Source: Schizochytrium sp. TIO01 (Eukaryota; Protista; Bigyra: Labyrinthulomycetes). From it: a DNA stretch of 64,000 bases. The DNA lies in the NCBI GenBank assembly GCA_004764695.1, contig SMSO01000004.1, positions 1,674,001 through 1,738,000 of the forward strand. Reading direction: 5' to 3'. The translations under genes were made by a program, and so were the position numbers. The notes beneath the pieces are model-generated. The model was not told the origin of the DNA, did not search any database, and was given only the letters and a program-made list of their open reading frames with translations. Below are positions 53,388 to 64,000 of this stretch, in pieces; position 1 is the first letter of the stretch, and each line of letters begins with the position of its first letter.

Positions 53388-54857
53388 AAACTCGTGAGAT
53401 AACTCGAAAGAAATAACTCGAAAGGAAAGAAGAAGATTAGATCTAAGATCTCGGCCGTCTATCTCTCTGGCACAGAGAACAGGAAGAGCGAGAATGGATA
53501 AATACACCCTACCTAATTGCATATTACACATACATTATTCATACATTGATAGATCTATAAAAATTCATCAGAGGTATCCACAGCAGAACAAAGAGACCGC
53601 AGCGGCGAGTCGAAGATGCGTAAAGTTCGGCGGCGCTGATTCTCCTGGCGTTCTGAAGAGACTCGAGCAGAACTCGGGAACTCGGCGATCTCGACATTTC
53701 ATTCCCATCACAAAACTCACAAAACTCGAAGAAAGACTTGAGAAAAAGAGAACGAACAGAGAAAAAGAAAGACCTTTCATCAAAAGCAATCCAAGCAAGT
53801 GTAGGCCTATATCTAGTATGATGAGACTATTAGACTACTAGCACTCTTCCTTTGCATTTTTTCTCCCTGCGCCACGCTAAGAGGCGACCATAGGCAACAG
53901 TAGTAAGAGTAGGTGATAAAGGGGCTCTAAGGTTACAGAAAACGCGACAATGGTCTTGAGATGTTGTCGTGCGCGAAAACAACTTTGTGAACGAGTAATT
54001 CACTGGCGCGGGGCAGTGCGGTCGCGGAGACATGTGAAAATCAAAGTGAAGCAGACAGGTAGACGGCCCGCAATCAATAAAATGATTCTCTACGTGCATG
54101 ATTCTTTGAGACTTGAGCAACTCCCACTGCTGCTGCCCTGTAAGCCTGTGAATATATATAAATAATAGCGTGTTAGTAAGCCGGTTATAGACAAGCACAT
54201 GGGTAATATCATTTGGTATTAGTCAGTCTCAAAGTCGCACTTGAAGTTTAGACGGAGTTCTTCTGCTGCGGAGAACGTCAAGTGCTCTGTTGACCACGCA
54301 TAAAGCACAAGACACTCCTCCTCGCAAAAGTTGTTGACTTATCACAGCCATCACCTGCTTGTTAGAAAAAATAAAAGGCCAAAGAAACCCTCACGAAGAA
54401 ACAAATAAACCGGATTAGGTATTCACCTAGAACTTACCCAGAGCAGTCGCCTTCTTAAGAACTATGTCAATAATACTTACATCTTTTCTAAATTGGATTT
54501 CTGGCTAGAGATAGAGAGTCTGTAACTTAGAAGAGGACGAAGAATGCTCGAACATCTAAACAGGTCCGTGGACCTGTGTAAAATGCGACTGCAACATTTG
54601 AAGTTCAGGTCTCACAGTGGTCGCGAAAAGAGCAAACTAAGTGCTTTTCTATTTTGATTTCATCAGAATTCGTGAACAGCAGACATACTTTCTTGTATAC
54701 TTGCTGTAATAAATTTTTATTGTGATCTATCTTGGTAACAACATCTATCTGCGTTAGTCATCTTTTCTTTTGTAAAAAAGTGCTAATGAAAAGTGCCTCC
54801 GAATCGCTTTATTCAACAACATGAGAAAGTTAACGGAAAGTAAGGTGATCGGCCTTC

Positions 54858-55005
54858 ACATACATACATACATACATACATACATACATACATACATACA
54901 TACATACATACATACATACATACATACACATACATACATACATACATACATACATACATACATACATACATACATACATACATACATACATACATACATA
55001 CATAC
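54858..55005. repeat. (CATA)~36 SSR
   Basis: Read directly, with one CA interruption near 54928. Confidence 0.97.
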
Positions 55006-58000
55006 CTTTCCAGTTAGAATTTGCCTGCAGCTTGCACACCTTTTAAATGAAAGAGAATAATACAGCACAACCGCATTCTTGGAAATAGAAATCAAAATAG
55101 AAATCAGTACCCGAGTTGGCTGATTGAATGGAATGGAATGAAACAACAGAGGAACTTGGAGGAGCCTAAGACATGGGAATCAGGGAGTAGCGGAGCCAAG
55201 AGTCTCTTTCTTCCAGGTGGGCCTTCTTCCTGCCAGATTTGGCTTCCTGTCCGGAGAGCTCTGATAAGTTTGGTGCAAAGGAGTTCCAAGAAGCAGACAC
55301 GAGATCGATCCAATGCCCAATGGCAGTCAGTTCTTCGGTCAGCCCTTCAGTCAATGAGCAAGGAGGTAGAAGAGAAACAAATGAATACTACTGTGCAGAT
55401 AGGTACATGCATACATACATTTACATTCATTCAAGAAGGTCTTTATCCTTTTAAAACAACAACTTAAAAAAGACTTGAAGTAAGTAAGTCAGTAAGTCAG
55501 TCAGTCAATCCTTCAATCAGTCAGATAGCAGATTGCATAGGAGCTGTGGCTTGAGAAGACAGATGAATTGTGTATTCCGAAGACAAACAAAGGAACAAAA
55601 AGACCGACTCATAGACGGACAAGAGGAAAGAACGTCTCCGCACAATCTATCTCGATAGCAGGTAGTACCTTATACATATGTACCTGCGTACTTGGATTCA
55701 ACTGCACTTCTACTGTCACCTAATAAGAGATGAGTTAATTATTATGTTACCGGGCACGAATTTACTCTTAAATTTGAAGATGTTCTCTCTTGGTTTCCTT
55801 TCCCCTTCCTTCCATTTAAGGTGAAATCATTTAAATTCTTATCTATTTTATTTTATTTTATTCTTTACTCTTAAAATAACATTAAATATAAAGTAAATAA
55901 ATATTTAAACATTAATTATAGTGAGATGCCTTTTCAATCATTGCATTTTTAATCTTAAAATATAAACCAAACACTGTTGGAATGAACAAATGAGCAGTGA
56001 CGAGGGTCAAGATTTGCTCTCGGCGGACCATGGGCACCCGTGTCCCCTAATCCGCAAGCCTCTTTGGAGGCCTGTTCCCAGGCAGCCCTGGTCCAGGAGG
56101 CCCCAGAAAACAAAAATTTGGTTTCCTCTATCTCTCCACCCGTCGGGTTGAAAAGTAATTCAAAATAACTTTTATATAAATCTTTTGGGGTTAGAACCTT
56201 TTTTCTTTTCTTTTTTAAAAGTTGTAAAGCTCATCACGTATTGTACAATTAGATAGAGGGATATACCCCATGAAAAGTAGTCGTCCTGCCAGTTAATCAA
56301 TCGGTTAATGCATTTCAATAGAGAGGCAAACCTTCTCAGAGAATCAGTATAAAGCGATAAAACTTGAAGGATATTTGATAACAAGAGTGAGGAGTTGTTT
56401 CTAGATTGCTTGGATCTCCTTCAATCTTATTTCACTCCAATTGATTGGGATAGATTGATTAATCAGTTGGTTGGTTGGCTGGCTGTTGGTGGTTAGTTAG
56501 GTTTAATGCTTGCGACCCCCCGCAAGGCCCTCCTCCTCCTCCTCCGAGTTCCAATCCCCAGAGAAAGCACCATCGTAAACTTGGAAATAAAAACTCAATC
56601 CCCTTTTTTAGTTAATGCATTTAAATAATAACGCAATTTTGAAAATAGGAAGATAATTATTCTTTTTCTTGCGAATAACACCTCGCACATAATTATAAAA
56701 AAACGTTTCTATTGCGCTTTTTAAAACTCAAAATCTTTAAAAATTAAAATTAAAAAACATTCTCTGTTCACAGTTGATAATTCATGAACCATGAAAGTCT
56801 ATTTATATAAATTCTATGTAGGCTCTGACGTTGAATAGATGAAAAGGGGAGTTTCATTCTTCGCAGGCAGGTTGGGTGCATGTGCAAAAAGAAAAAAGTG
56901 CATGATGATGATAAAAGAATACTCGGCAGGTAGTAAGTAGTATATTGGCTGAGATTTTATTCTTTCGATAGTCACATTACCTCTTCACAAGAAGAAGAAT
57001 TATTGAAAAGTAATCACACTTTCGCAGCTCAAGAAGTAAAGAGAGAAAAGAACTTGTAACATTTTGTTTGGCTTTTCTCTCTCTCTCATTTCTGTCTCTG
57101 TTTTCTCTGCTATCCAGAAATTCGGTACCTATTTAGATAGGTGAATCTAAATGTGTAGAAGGCTTTAGTTTTCGGTATTATAGTTGAAACTTAAAAAACT
57201 GCTTTAAATAGTTTATCCTTTGTTTTTTTTTAATAGTAAAGATTGCTCTTCTTCCTCATTTCCGATGGAAGTTCTCCTTTTCTAGTTCTATTCTCTCTTC
57301 TTCTCCTTTTTTTTTTATTATCTCACCTATATTTTTTCTTCTTCAAAATTAAAGATAACTCTAAAATATTAATAGAATAATTAATTAGTCTTTTTGTCTT
57401 TTTCAAGTATTCTCGAGGACTCAACATTCACAAGTTTCAATATGAGAGAGGCACCTCAATACTTCCAAAATTGATCCCTGCACTGCTCTATATTAATTTT
57501 AATATTTTGTTTTTTAAAGTTTCTCTCAGTAGAAAGGATCACCAAGTACAAAAGGATAATTAACGACTCCGTTTCTCCATATTTCATTTTTCACATGCTT
57601 TATTCGACATCAGTTTAAGGAGAATCGCCAATGCTAAAAGGGAGAACTTGTTCAATCCATAGGCAACCCGCTCCGCCGCTCGCGACATTCCCGATATATT
57701 TTTTTCTCAATTAACATTATTTACTGAGGGGTTCAAGTTCACGTCCTTTCCGCGTTTCCTTTTTAAATCTAAAAAAATGTCTTGTTCGAAATAAGTAAAT
57801 CATTACCTTATATTAAATATGTTTTATCATTCTTGTGACAGTCAATATTCTTCCTACCTCCCACTTGAAAATAATGTTTTTCTGTTTTGTATGTTTGAAG
57901 TACATTTGTGTTACTATATATTAATAATCAGCCATGATCTGCCAAATTCTGAGGCCGAAAAGCAAAAAAGCGTAAACAACACTTGTTGAAATTGAAAAGT

Positions 58001-58701
58001 CTTACGTACGGAACAATCTTGCACAAGAGAAGGCCAAGTCTGTCGATCTGAAGTGCTTACTTAGCTGAGAGATAGATATACTCATTTATTTATCTGTTGA
58101 TTCATTCCTTCACTTGCATGTGTCTCTCATGAAGTTTTGAATGTAATGCGAATTCAATCTGCCCTCCAAAGAGCAGCGAGAGAGGGAGCGAGAGGGCCCT
58201 CCACATCAGCAATTCACAGAAAGTGACATCGTGTCTCTCTCTGTCTGTATCAAGTTGCGCAGGCTTTCTTTTCAACGCTCCGTTATGTGCAGTAGTGTCG
58301 CTGAGGTTCTTGGTTTGTTTCCTTGTCTGTCTTTCTTTCATTCATTCATTCTTGTGGGTCGGAGCTCTTTCTCCGCCGGTCCTCCAAGAAGAGGGCGAGA
58401 GAAGAGCAAGTATTGTTATAGCAATACTCTATTTCTTTACCTTTTCTCTTCCCAGGAGAGAGAGGCTTCTTTTGTTTATCTGGTTTCGTTATGGTTTGGT
58501 TCAGACAGAAATGAAACCCCCAATGTTAGTTACTCAGTAATGCATGCTCAAGTTCCGCCTGTTCGAGTCTGTTTTGGAGCTGTTCCTTGTGAGGAGGGAG
58601 GAAGGAGAAAAGAAGAGGAAGGAAGTGTAAAGAGACTTAATGGGAAAGAAAGTAAGCGACTGACTGACTGAATGAACGACCGAGAGAAAGAAAAGAGAAT
58701 T

Positions 58702-58762
58702 AAAGCATAAAAGAAAGCATAAAAGAAAGGATAAAAGAAAGGATAAAAGAAAGGATAAAAGA
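58702..58762. repeat. 12-mer tandem (ATAAAAGAAAGS)~5
   Basis: Read directly. Confidence 0.85.
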
Positions 58763-59100
58763 GGGAACAAGAATCCACAAAAGAATCCGAAAAGGAATTG
58801 AAAAGAAAAAAAGAAGGAATGCAATCGAGGCGTCGCTGGACTCCCGGCAAACCCGAATCGATTGATCTCGCGAGCGACCGCACACGCCAAGCAAAGAAGA
58901 GAGCGAACGAAGCCAAGAAGACAGCAAGTGAAAGAAAGCCTCTTGCTCAGGCAGCCACAGCCAACAACTCAGGCCGGAACCTCCCGCGAGCGAAGAGCAG
59001 CAGCCGCCACTCCAGCAAGAAGGAGGGCCGATACGGAAAGTAGTAGAAGAAGGAGGAGGAGAAGACTCTTGTTATTCTTTCTTTTTTGATTATACATAGC

Positions 59101-59168
59101 TATAAATAGTAGCTGTGTTTTTCCTTCTGTCTCGTTGATTGGAGCATCGTTTTTAACATTATAAATAG
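59101..59168 (+). promoter_or_regulatory. Candidate core promoter of the CXXC gene
   Basis: Two identical TATAAATAG 9-mers (59101-59109 and 59160-59168) with an inverted CCAAT (ATTGG, 59138-59142) between them, 160-225 nt upstream of the first ATG. Motif match only. Confidence 0.3.
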
Positions 59169-59324
59169 AGCGAAGCAAGCAAAAAGTAAAACCAGAACTG
59201 CAGAAGCAACAGCCGTAGCAGATCTGCATCAAGTAGACTCGCTGCTGGTTATTTTGCAGCAGAGGGCAACTTGCTTGCAAACAAGAAGGGCAAAAAGAAA
59301 GTAAAAGAAGAATTAAACACACAT

Positions 59325-61112
59325 ATGGCATCATCCCTGGTGAGCACCATGGACCCCGCCGAATTTGCTCGGATGGGCGGCAGACTGGAGCCAGAGGCGC
59401 TTGCAGCGCTTCTTCGATTCCCGAATCACCAGCAGCTGATGAGCAATGCAGGACTCCCACCTCCGCCTCCCCAGGCAATGTTTGCTAATCATCACTCCCT
59501 CTCTACGGACAGCATCACATCTTTACCCAGCCACCATAGCCAGCAACATCACATGCCGTCGAGGGCTTCTAATCTCTCCAAGGATTTGCGGAATGCCTCG
59601 GCATCAACCTCCTCAGACGACAAATCAGTTCTTATGCAGAAGCAGCAAAGCGTCTTGCAAAAACGGGCATCCTCATCTAGAGATAGCAACAGTGGTGCTT
59701 CCGTGGCATCAGGATCACAACCACAACAGCCTAAGGCAAAGCGAGCCCGGACCTCGGACCTCTCCGCAGGCTCGTCAGGGGCATTCATGGTTTCTGACGC
59801 GAACAATAATGTCACCCCTCAAAGAAAGGCATCTGGATCTCCCTTGCAAAATACTAACATGCAGCACCAGCACCAGCAAGGCGTTGCTTTCCCATTTTCA
59901 TTCCCCGGCAAGCAGCAACCCACCCAGGCGGATCTGCACCAACTTAACGAAATGATGAAACTCATTCAGCAACAGCAAGGCGGTGCTGGTAACGCGAACT
60001 CTGCAGCTGCACTTTTGAACCTATTTCAGCGTCAGGACTCCAATATTTCTGAAGCACCAAACGCTTCTTGTGACGGCCCTCAACTAAACCGGCAATCAGC
60101 AACAAACGCAGCCGCCGCCGCTGCTGCCGCCGTTGCCGCCAATGGAATGTCACACCGCTCGGCATCATCTACTTCGCTTACCACGCCAGATGGAAGCCCT
60201 CATCAACAGCGTCATGACCCGAGCGAATTTCTTTCTCGTGTGGATGAGATGCGTCGTATGCAACTTGGCGCGCTTGCGGGTCACCCCGGTAACTCGGCGC
60301 ACCTTGCTGAGATGAACCTTCCACGGCAGCAGCAGCAACAACAACAACAACAGAGCCTGAACCCTCCTCCCATGCAACTCCCCATGCAAAGCATTCAAGC
60401 GCTCCCGCACGGTGGGAATGCTCTCGTAAAGCAGCAACACCAGGCTATGCAGCAGCAGCAGCAGCAGATGCCTCTCTCAATGCAGGATGAGGCTGCGCTG
60501 CAGCGACTTCAGCAAAATGCTGCTGCACTCAGTGCAAACTCGCAGCTTTCTGATGCTGATAGATTTATGCAGCAGCAGCAACAGGCCTTTGCTTCTTACC
60601 AGCTAGCAGCCGCTGCACGGGCAAAGCAACTTGGCGCTTTTGGACTTGAACGCGCTGGATCCGAGGAACGAGAACTGCCGCATCATTTAATGCGCCCTGA
60701 ACATGCAGCATTTCTTGGCAACTTTGCCCCGGGACTCGGAACCGTCAGCGGGGTCACCATCAGTACACGCAAGCGCTGCAATGCTTGCCGTACTTGTACG
60801 CAGGATGTCTGTGGAAAATGCACGAACTGCCTCCACAAAAAGAAACGGAAGCGAAGCTGCGAAAACAGACTTCCCTGCATGGAGCAGCTTACTCTCTTTG
60901 CACGTGGTGTTTTTGAGGCCGAGCAGCAAGCTACAATTATTGGTGCCTTGCAGAGTGTGCCCAAGGACGACTCCCCTCTTCCCCGAGGAGCGTTTACTGT
61001 CCCCATTGATATCATTGAAATGCGCCAACAAATTCTAAAGAACCAGCGCAAGGCCTTGATGAATGAGGATAAGGCCCTCGAGCTTCTTAAGAGGGTTTTT
61101 CAGCCTTCTTAA
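59325..61112 (+). CDS. Q/A/S-rich intrinsically disordered nuclear protein with a C-terminal CXXC-type zinc finger (595 aa); putative CpG-binding transcription or chromatin regulator
   Basis: Long uninterrupted ORF. First ATG at 59325, with an in-frame stop at 59187 upstream. A second ATG at 59349 has stronger context (ACCATGG). The protein has poly-Q and poly-A tracts, an NLS-like PKAKRAR, the eight-Cys motif [37 protein letters not shown] (60768-60878) and an amphipathic or coiled-coil-like C-terminal helix. Confidence 0.9.
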   Translation: MASSLVSTMDPAEFARMGGRLEPEALAALLRFPNHQQLMSNAGLPPPPPQAMFANHHSLSTDSITSLPSHHSQQHHMPSRASNLSKDLRNASASTSSDDKSVLMQKQQSVLQKRASSSRDSNSGASVASGSQPQQPKAKRARTSDLSAGSSGAFMVSDANNNVTPQRKASGSPLQNTNMQHQHQQGVAFPFSFPGKQQPTQADLHQLNEMMKLIQQQQGGAGNANSAAALLNLFQRQDSNISEAPNASCDGPQLNRQSATNAAAAAAAAVAANGMSHRSASSTSLTTPDGSPHQQRHDPSEFLSRVDEMRRMQLGALAGHPGNSAHLAEMNLPRQQQQQQQQQSLNPPPMQLPMQSIQALPHGGNALVKQQHQAMQQQQQQMPLSMQDEAALQRLQQNAAALSANSQLSDADRFMQQQQQAFASYQLAAAARAKQLGAFGLERAGSEERELPHHLMRPEHAAFLGNFAPGLGTVSGVTISTRKRCNACRTCTQDVCGKCTNCLHKKKRKRSCENRLPCMEQLTLFARGVFEAEQQATIIGALQSVPKDDSPLPRGAFTVPIDIIEMRQQILKNQRKALMNEDKALELLKRVFQPS

Positions 61113-62155
61113 ATTGTCTTGCCTGGACACTTTAAGACTTACATTTTCCACGTTCGTTCTAAGAACAGTCAATTGCTCTTAGTTTTCTGATCACGCCATA
61201 TCTTTGGTTGGTTGTCTTACTGAGCGTGCTCATCTGATCGCAGCTCGAGCAATCTTAGACCTTTGCTATTTGACTTATGCGTGTGGAGCACCGCCCCCTC
61301 TCTCTTTTTGTTGTTGATTACAGTCGGGTATTGCTCCCACGGCGAGAAGAATATTTGCACGCCAACCTATATTTACTTCTCTGACTCTCTGACCCATACA
61401 TTCACAAATTGAACATTCATCAAAGCCTATTTCTTCTATACGCTTTCTTCCATGATATGGAGATTGCTCCATCTGGTACCTACCTACCAGGATTTTGAGC
61501 TTCTAAATTGCGTACATTGGACGAGAGATTGATTTGTTGGTTTTCTCCAGAAGAGGTCACCCTCTTCTTTTCATTGATCAAAAATTGCTTACTCGTATCT
61601 ATCTCATCTCCCTTATCATCTTCTTTTTTGCTTAAGAGCATGAAGTTTCGTACAATTTCTCCACCACATGAAAGCTTTTCAATGATATGATGCTTTCGCA
61701 GCTCATGATTTTAAAAGCTTCTGATGCAAGCGGCTACTCTTTACTTTGCTGTTTGCTCGGTTGATTTGCCCCCCTTACAATATGAAAGTTAATCACCGCA
61801 ATGCATTTTTCTATTATGTATATCTATGATCTTTTCCATCAAATTCTTCATTTCAAAATTTTGATAAAATACATTTAGTGCCCCTGGTGATAGGGTAGGG
61901 TAGGTACTTGGAATACAGCGAATATATAAAACGCCAAGTGATCTATGCAAGCATTACATTTATTTTTTTCATGAACAGTCAGGCAAAATACAAGACACAA
62001 ATCATGAATTTCAATCCAACACAAGGCTCTATCTGAAGGAACCCTAGCATTCAAATAGTACACTAATATCATTATTATTTTCCCGCGCTCAGGATTTAGT
62101 AACTTCAAGCCACACCTCAACTTTTCGATTTTCTGTTTTCAGAACACGTTGCACT

Positions 62156-64000
62156 CTAGAAGTAGCGAGTAGCGAACTCTGCTTTCGAAAGTAGTTCCGT
62201 GCTATGCCTGAATTTGGCAATTCCGCATGGACCAATCAGGAAAACGAAATATGCACAGAAAATAAACGCGGAGAACTCCATGATGAGACCCCAAAGCAAC
62301 AATACCACTCGCCATTCCATGAGTAGAAGATCGTACTCGCGAACACCGCAGATCCCTAGCTGAGCACATTCTAGCAACACCTCTAACTCACTAAGGTAAG
62401 CAGCATCAAACGTGATACTACCCATGATAGCCAAAATAAATGTAGCACGAGACAAGGTACCTGCTGTGATAAATTGACCCCAAAACAGCAATATTACCTG
62501 TACCAAAAAGACTGCAGTCATTTGATGATAATTTGCGCCTGTAAATATCCTCGAACCAGCGCGCATGGTAGGTGCGTCAAGGTGTGTTGCCAGGGTCACT
62601 TGTGCTGCTTTAATCACGAGAGCAAAAAGGCTAGCGAGACGGCACCATCGCTCGGTGCCTAGTACTTGCCATGTAGTTGGCATGCATACACTTAGAATAA
62701 TCCAACCCGTCGCAAGAACCATGCTAACCACAAAACTTGCCACTAAATGACTTGGGCCTGCTGTAAGCCCTGCTTTAGAAGCACCTAAGTTTTCTGCTTG
62801 GCCAAGCCAGGACCATGTTGTATTAAGAATTAGCCCAAGATTTGAATTAGCTAAACGTACAGCTAGTGAATTTGAAGTAACTGCAGTAGATACCCCTGTT
62901 GAGTTCATGCTTGATACGTAAACATAACCAATGTCTGATGCACTCTCCCCTGCAGAATTGCTCACAACACACCGATAATCACCCTGGTCACTAGACTGAA
63001 GACCATATATAGTCATTGAAAATGTGATGGTTTTCTCTTCTTCACTTTTTCTCGACACAACTTCTGATGAATATATCTCCCATTCCGCTGAATCCTGTGT
63101 TTGCCTTTCCCAAAAAACCTCTAAAGGAAGTGACGAAGTAGTTGTGCAAGATAAGGATACGGTTCCGCCTATGCTTCCTACAACTGACTCAGGACTCGAA
63201 TCAATGATTGCAAGGTTATACACATTTACAAATGCTGTATTGCTTTCTGCCATCCCCACGTTGTTCGAAACAATACATGCATAGACTCCTTGGTCTTCTT
63301 CGGTGACCTCCGAGACCTCAAGAATAGCTGATGTTTCCTCGAGCAAATCGTCGTTTAAAAACCATGCATACTCAATTGGTACTGCACCCGAAGCAGTACA
63401 ATTCAATACCAAACTATCTCCCGGAGCCAAACTTATGTTAGCCAGATTTTGTAAAATAGCTGGTATAAACGATACATCAACCTCCTTTAAAATGCATGCC
63501 TGTAACCCTAAGTCATCTGTTACACGAAGTATATACTCAAATACACCAGGAGTGTCCAGACTCAAAATTGTTGTATTCGTGCTATTTGGAGAAGAAATTT
63601 GACCCGAAATGTCACGACTTGTTTCTGGAGTAGAAAATACTGACCACTCATAAGATACCAACTCAGAATCGTAGAAAGCTACCGAAGCTTCAGCGCTCAG
63701 CTCCGCAGAGATGCTTGGATATGGAACCTCAATGTAGCTAGCTCCAACATTAGCTTCAGGAATAATCGCATCGACATAGACAAGTTGAGTTCCGAGAGTT
63801 AGCGAGGCGTTGCTCTTATACCGTGCTTCAAATGTGTATCGTCCCCGCTCCTCACTACTCAATGGCAAGACGCAGAGTGAGCCAGCAATTTCTGACGATG
63901 GAAGTGATTCTGGTACACGTGCAACCTCCACCCAAGCCACAGGAGTGCCTTCCCATGTTTCTCCCAAGTCTACGGATACAATATTTACTACTGACAGACT
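62156..64000 (-). CDS. Multi-pass membrane protein with extracellular PKD-like and two Ig (I-set-like) domains; 5' end lies beyond the window
   Basis: The frame stays open to base 64000 (SLSVVNIVSVDLGETW...). PKD/KIAA0319-like module SYEWSV...PGVFEYILRVTDDLG at ~63470-63760. Ig1 LNCTASG..YAW..DQGVYACIVSN at ~63221-63463. Ig2 LSCTT..VFW..DQGDYRCVVSN at ~62915-63211. Several N-x-S/T sequons, about 5 hydrophobic helices (~62210-62750) and a short tail. Confidence 0.92.
   Translation of the reverse strand, partial: SLSVVNIVSVDLGETWEGTPVAWVEVARVPESLPSSEIAGSLCVLPLSSEERGRYTFEARYKSNASLTLGTQLVYVDAIIPEANVGASYIEVPYPSISAELSAEASVAFYDSELVSYEWSVFSTPETSRDISGQISSPNSTNTTILSLDTPGVFEYILRVTDDLGLQACILKEVDVSFIPAILQNLANISLAPGDSLVLNCTASGAVPIEYAWFLNDDLLEETSAILEVSEVTEEDQGVYACIVSNNVGMAESNTAFVNVYNLAIIDSSPESVVGSIGGTVSLSCTTTSSLPLEVFWERQTQDSAEWEIYSSEVVSRKSEEEKTITFSMTIYGLQSSDQGDYRCVVSNSAGESASDIGYVYVSSMNSTGVSTAVTSNSLAVRLANSNLGLILNTTWSWLGQAENLGASKAGLTAGPSHLVASFVVSMVLATGWIILSVCMPTTWQVLGTERWCRLASLFALVIKAAQVTLATHLDAPTMRAGSRIFTGANYHQMTAVFLVQVILLFWGQFITAGTLSRATFILAIMGSITFDAAYLSELEVLLECAQLGICGVREYDLLLMEWRVVLLLWGLIMEFSAFIFCAYFVFLIGPCGIAKFRHSTELLSKAEFATRYF

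Noticed and set aside
17436-55146. ORFs with repeated peptides (FIHS, CLFV, TNKQ, CMYV, YIHT, IALHC)
   Set aside because: They are translations of stop-free microsatellites, not genes.
56025-56095. tRNA gene
   Set aside because: It is cloverleaf-sized, but lacks a canonical D loop, a 7-nt anticodon loop and a TTCRA T loop.
58798-59043. Basic 81-aa ORF as an upstream coding exon of the CXXC gene
   Set aside because: The GT at 59040 is a weak donor, and its phase does not match the CAG acceptors at 59259 and 59262.
59271-59324. N-terminal extension [10 protein letters not shown]... of the 613-aa ORF
   Set aside because: It begins at TTG. In a eukaryotic context the first ATG (59325) or the stronger ATG at 59349 is more plausible.
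58969-61051. Alternative-frame and antisense ORFs overlapping the CXXC gene
   Set aside because: They are shadows of a GC-rich, CAG-rich coding sequence.
62210-62750. Seven-TM adhesion GPCR call for the Ig protein
   Set aside because: I count only about 5 convincing hydrophobic helices and see no GPS/GAIN motif.

Overview
Eukaryotic genomic DNA with no prokaryotic features. The intron-poor genes and dense tetranucleotide microsatellites suggest a protist such as a thraustochytrid, but that is an impression only. There are three compartments. (1) About 1-8.9 kb is a microsatellite-free transposon graveyard. It holds at least five complete ~405-420 bp TG...CA elements, most likely solo LTRs, three with perfect 5-bp target-site duplications. 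Some are nested in older copies of the same family, and there is a possible decayed Ty1/copia pol relic. (2) About 8.9-59.3 kb is a ~50 kb stretch with no recognisable gene. GC/CpG-rich islands bordered by microsatellites alternate with sharply bounded AT-rich blocks. (3) 59.3-64 kb holds two convergent genes with no intron in the visible coding sequence. One is a Q-rich, low-complexity nuclear protein with a stand-alone CXXC zinc finger (+). The other is the 3' part of a membrane protein with a PKD-like domain, two disulfide-type Ig domains and about 5 TM helices (-), open to the window edge. Most short ORFs in the supplied track are artefacts of microsatellites or GC content.
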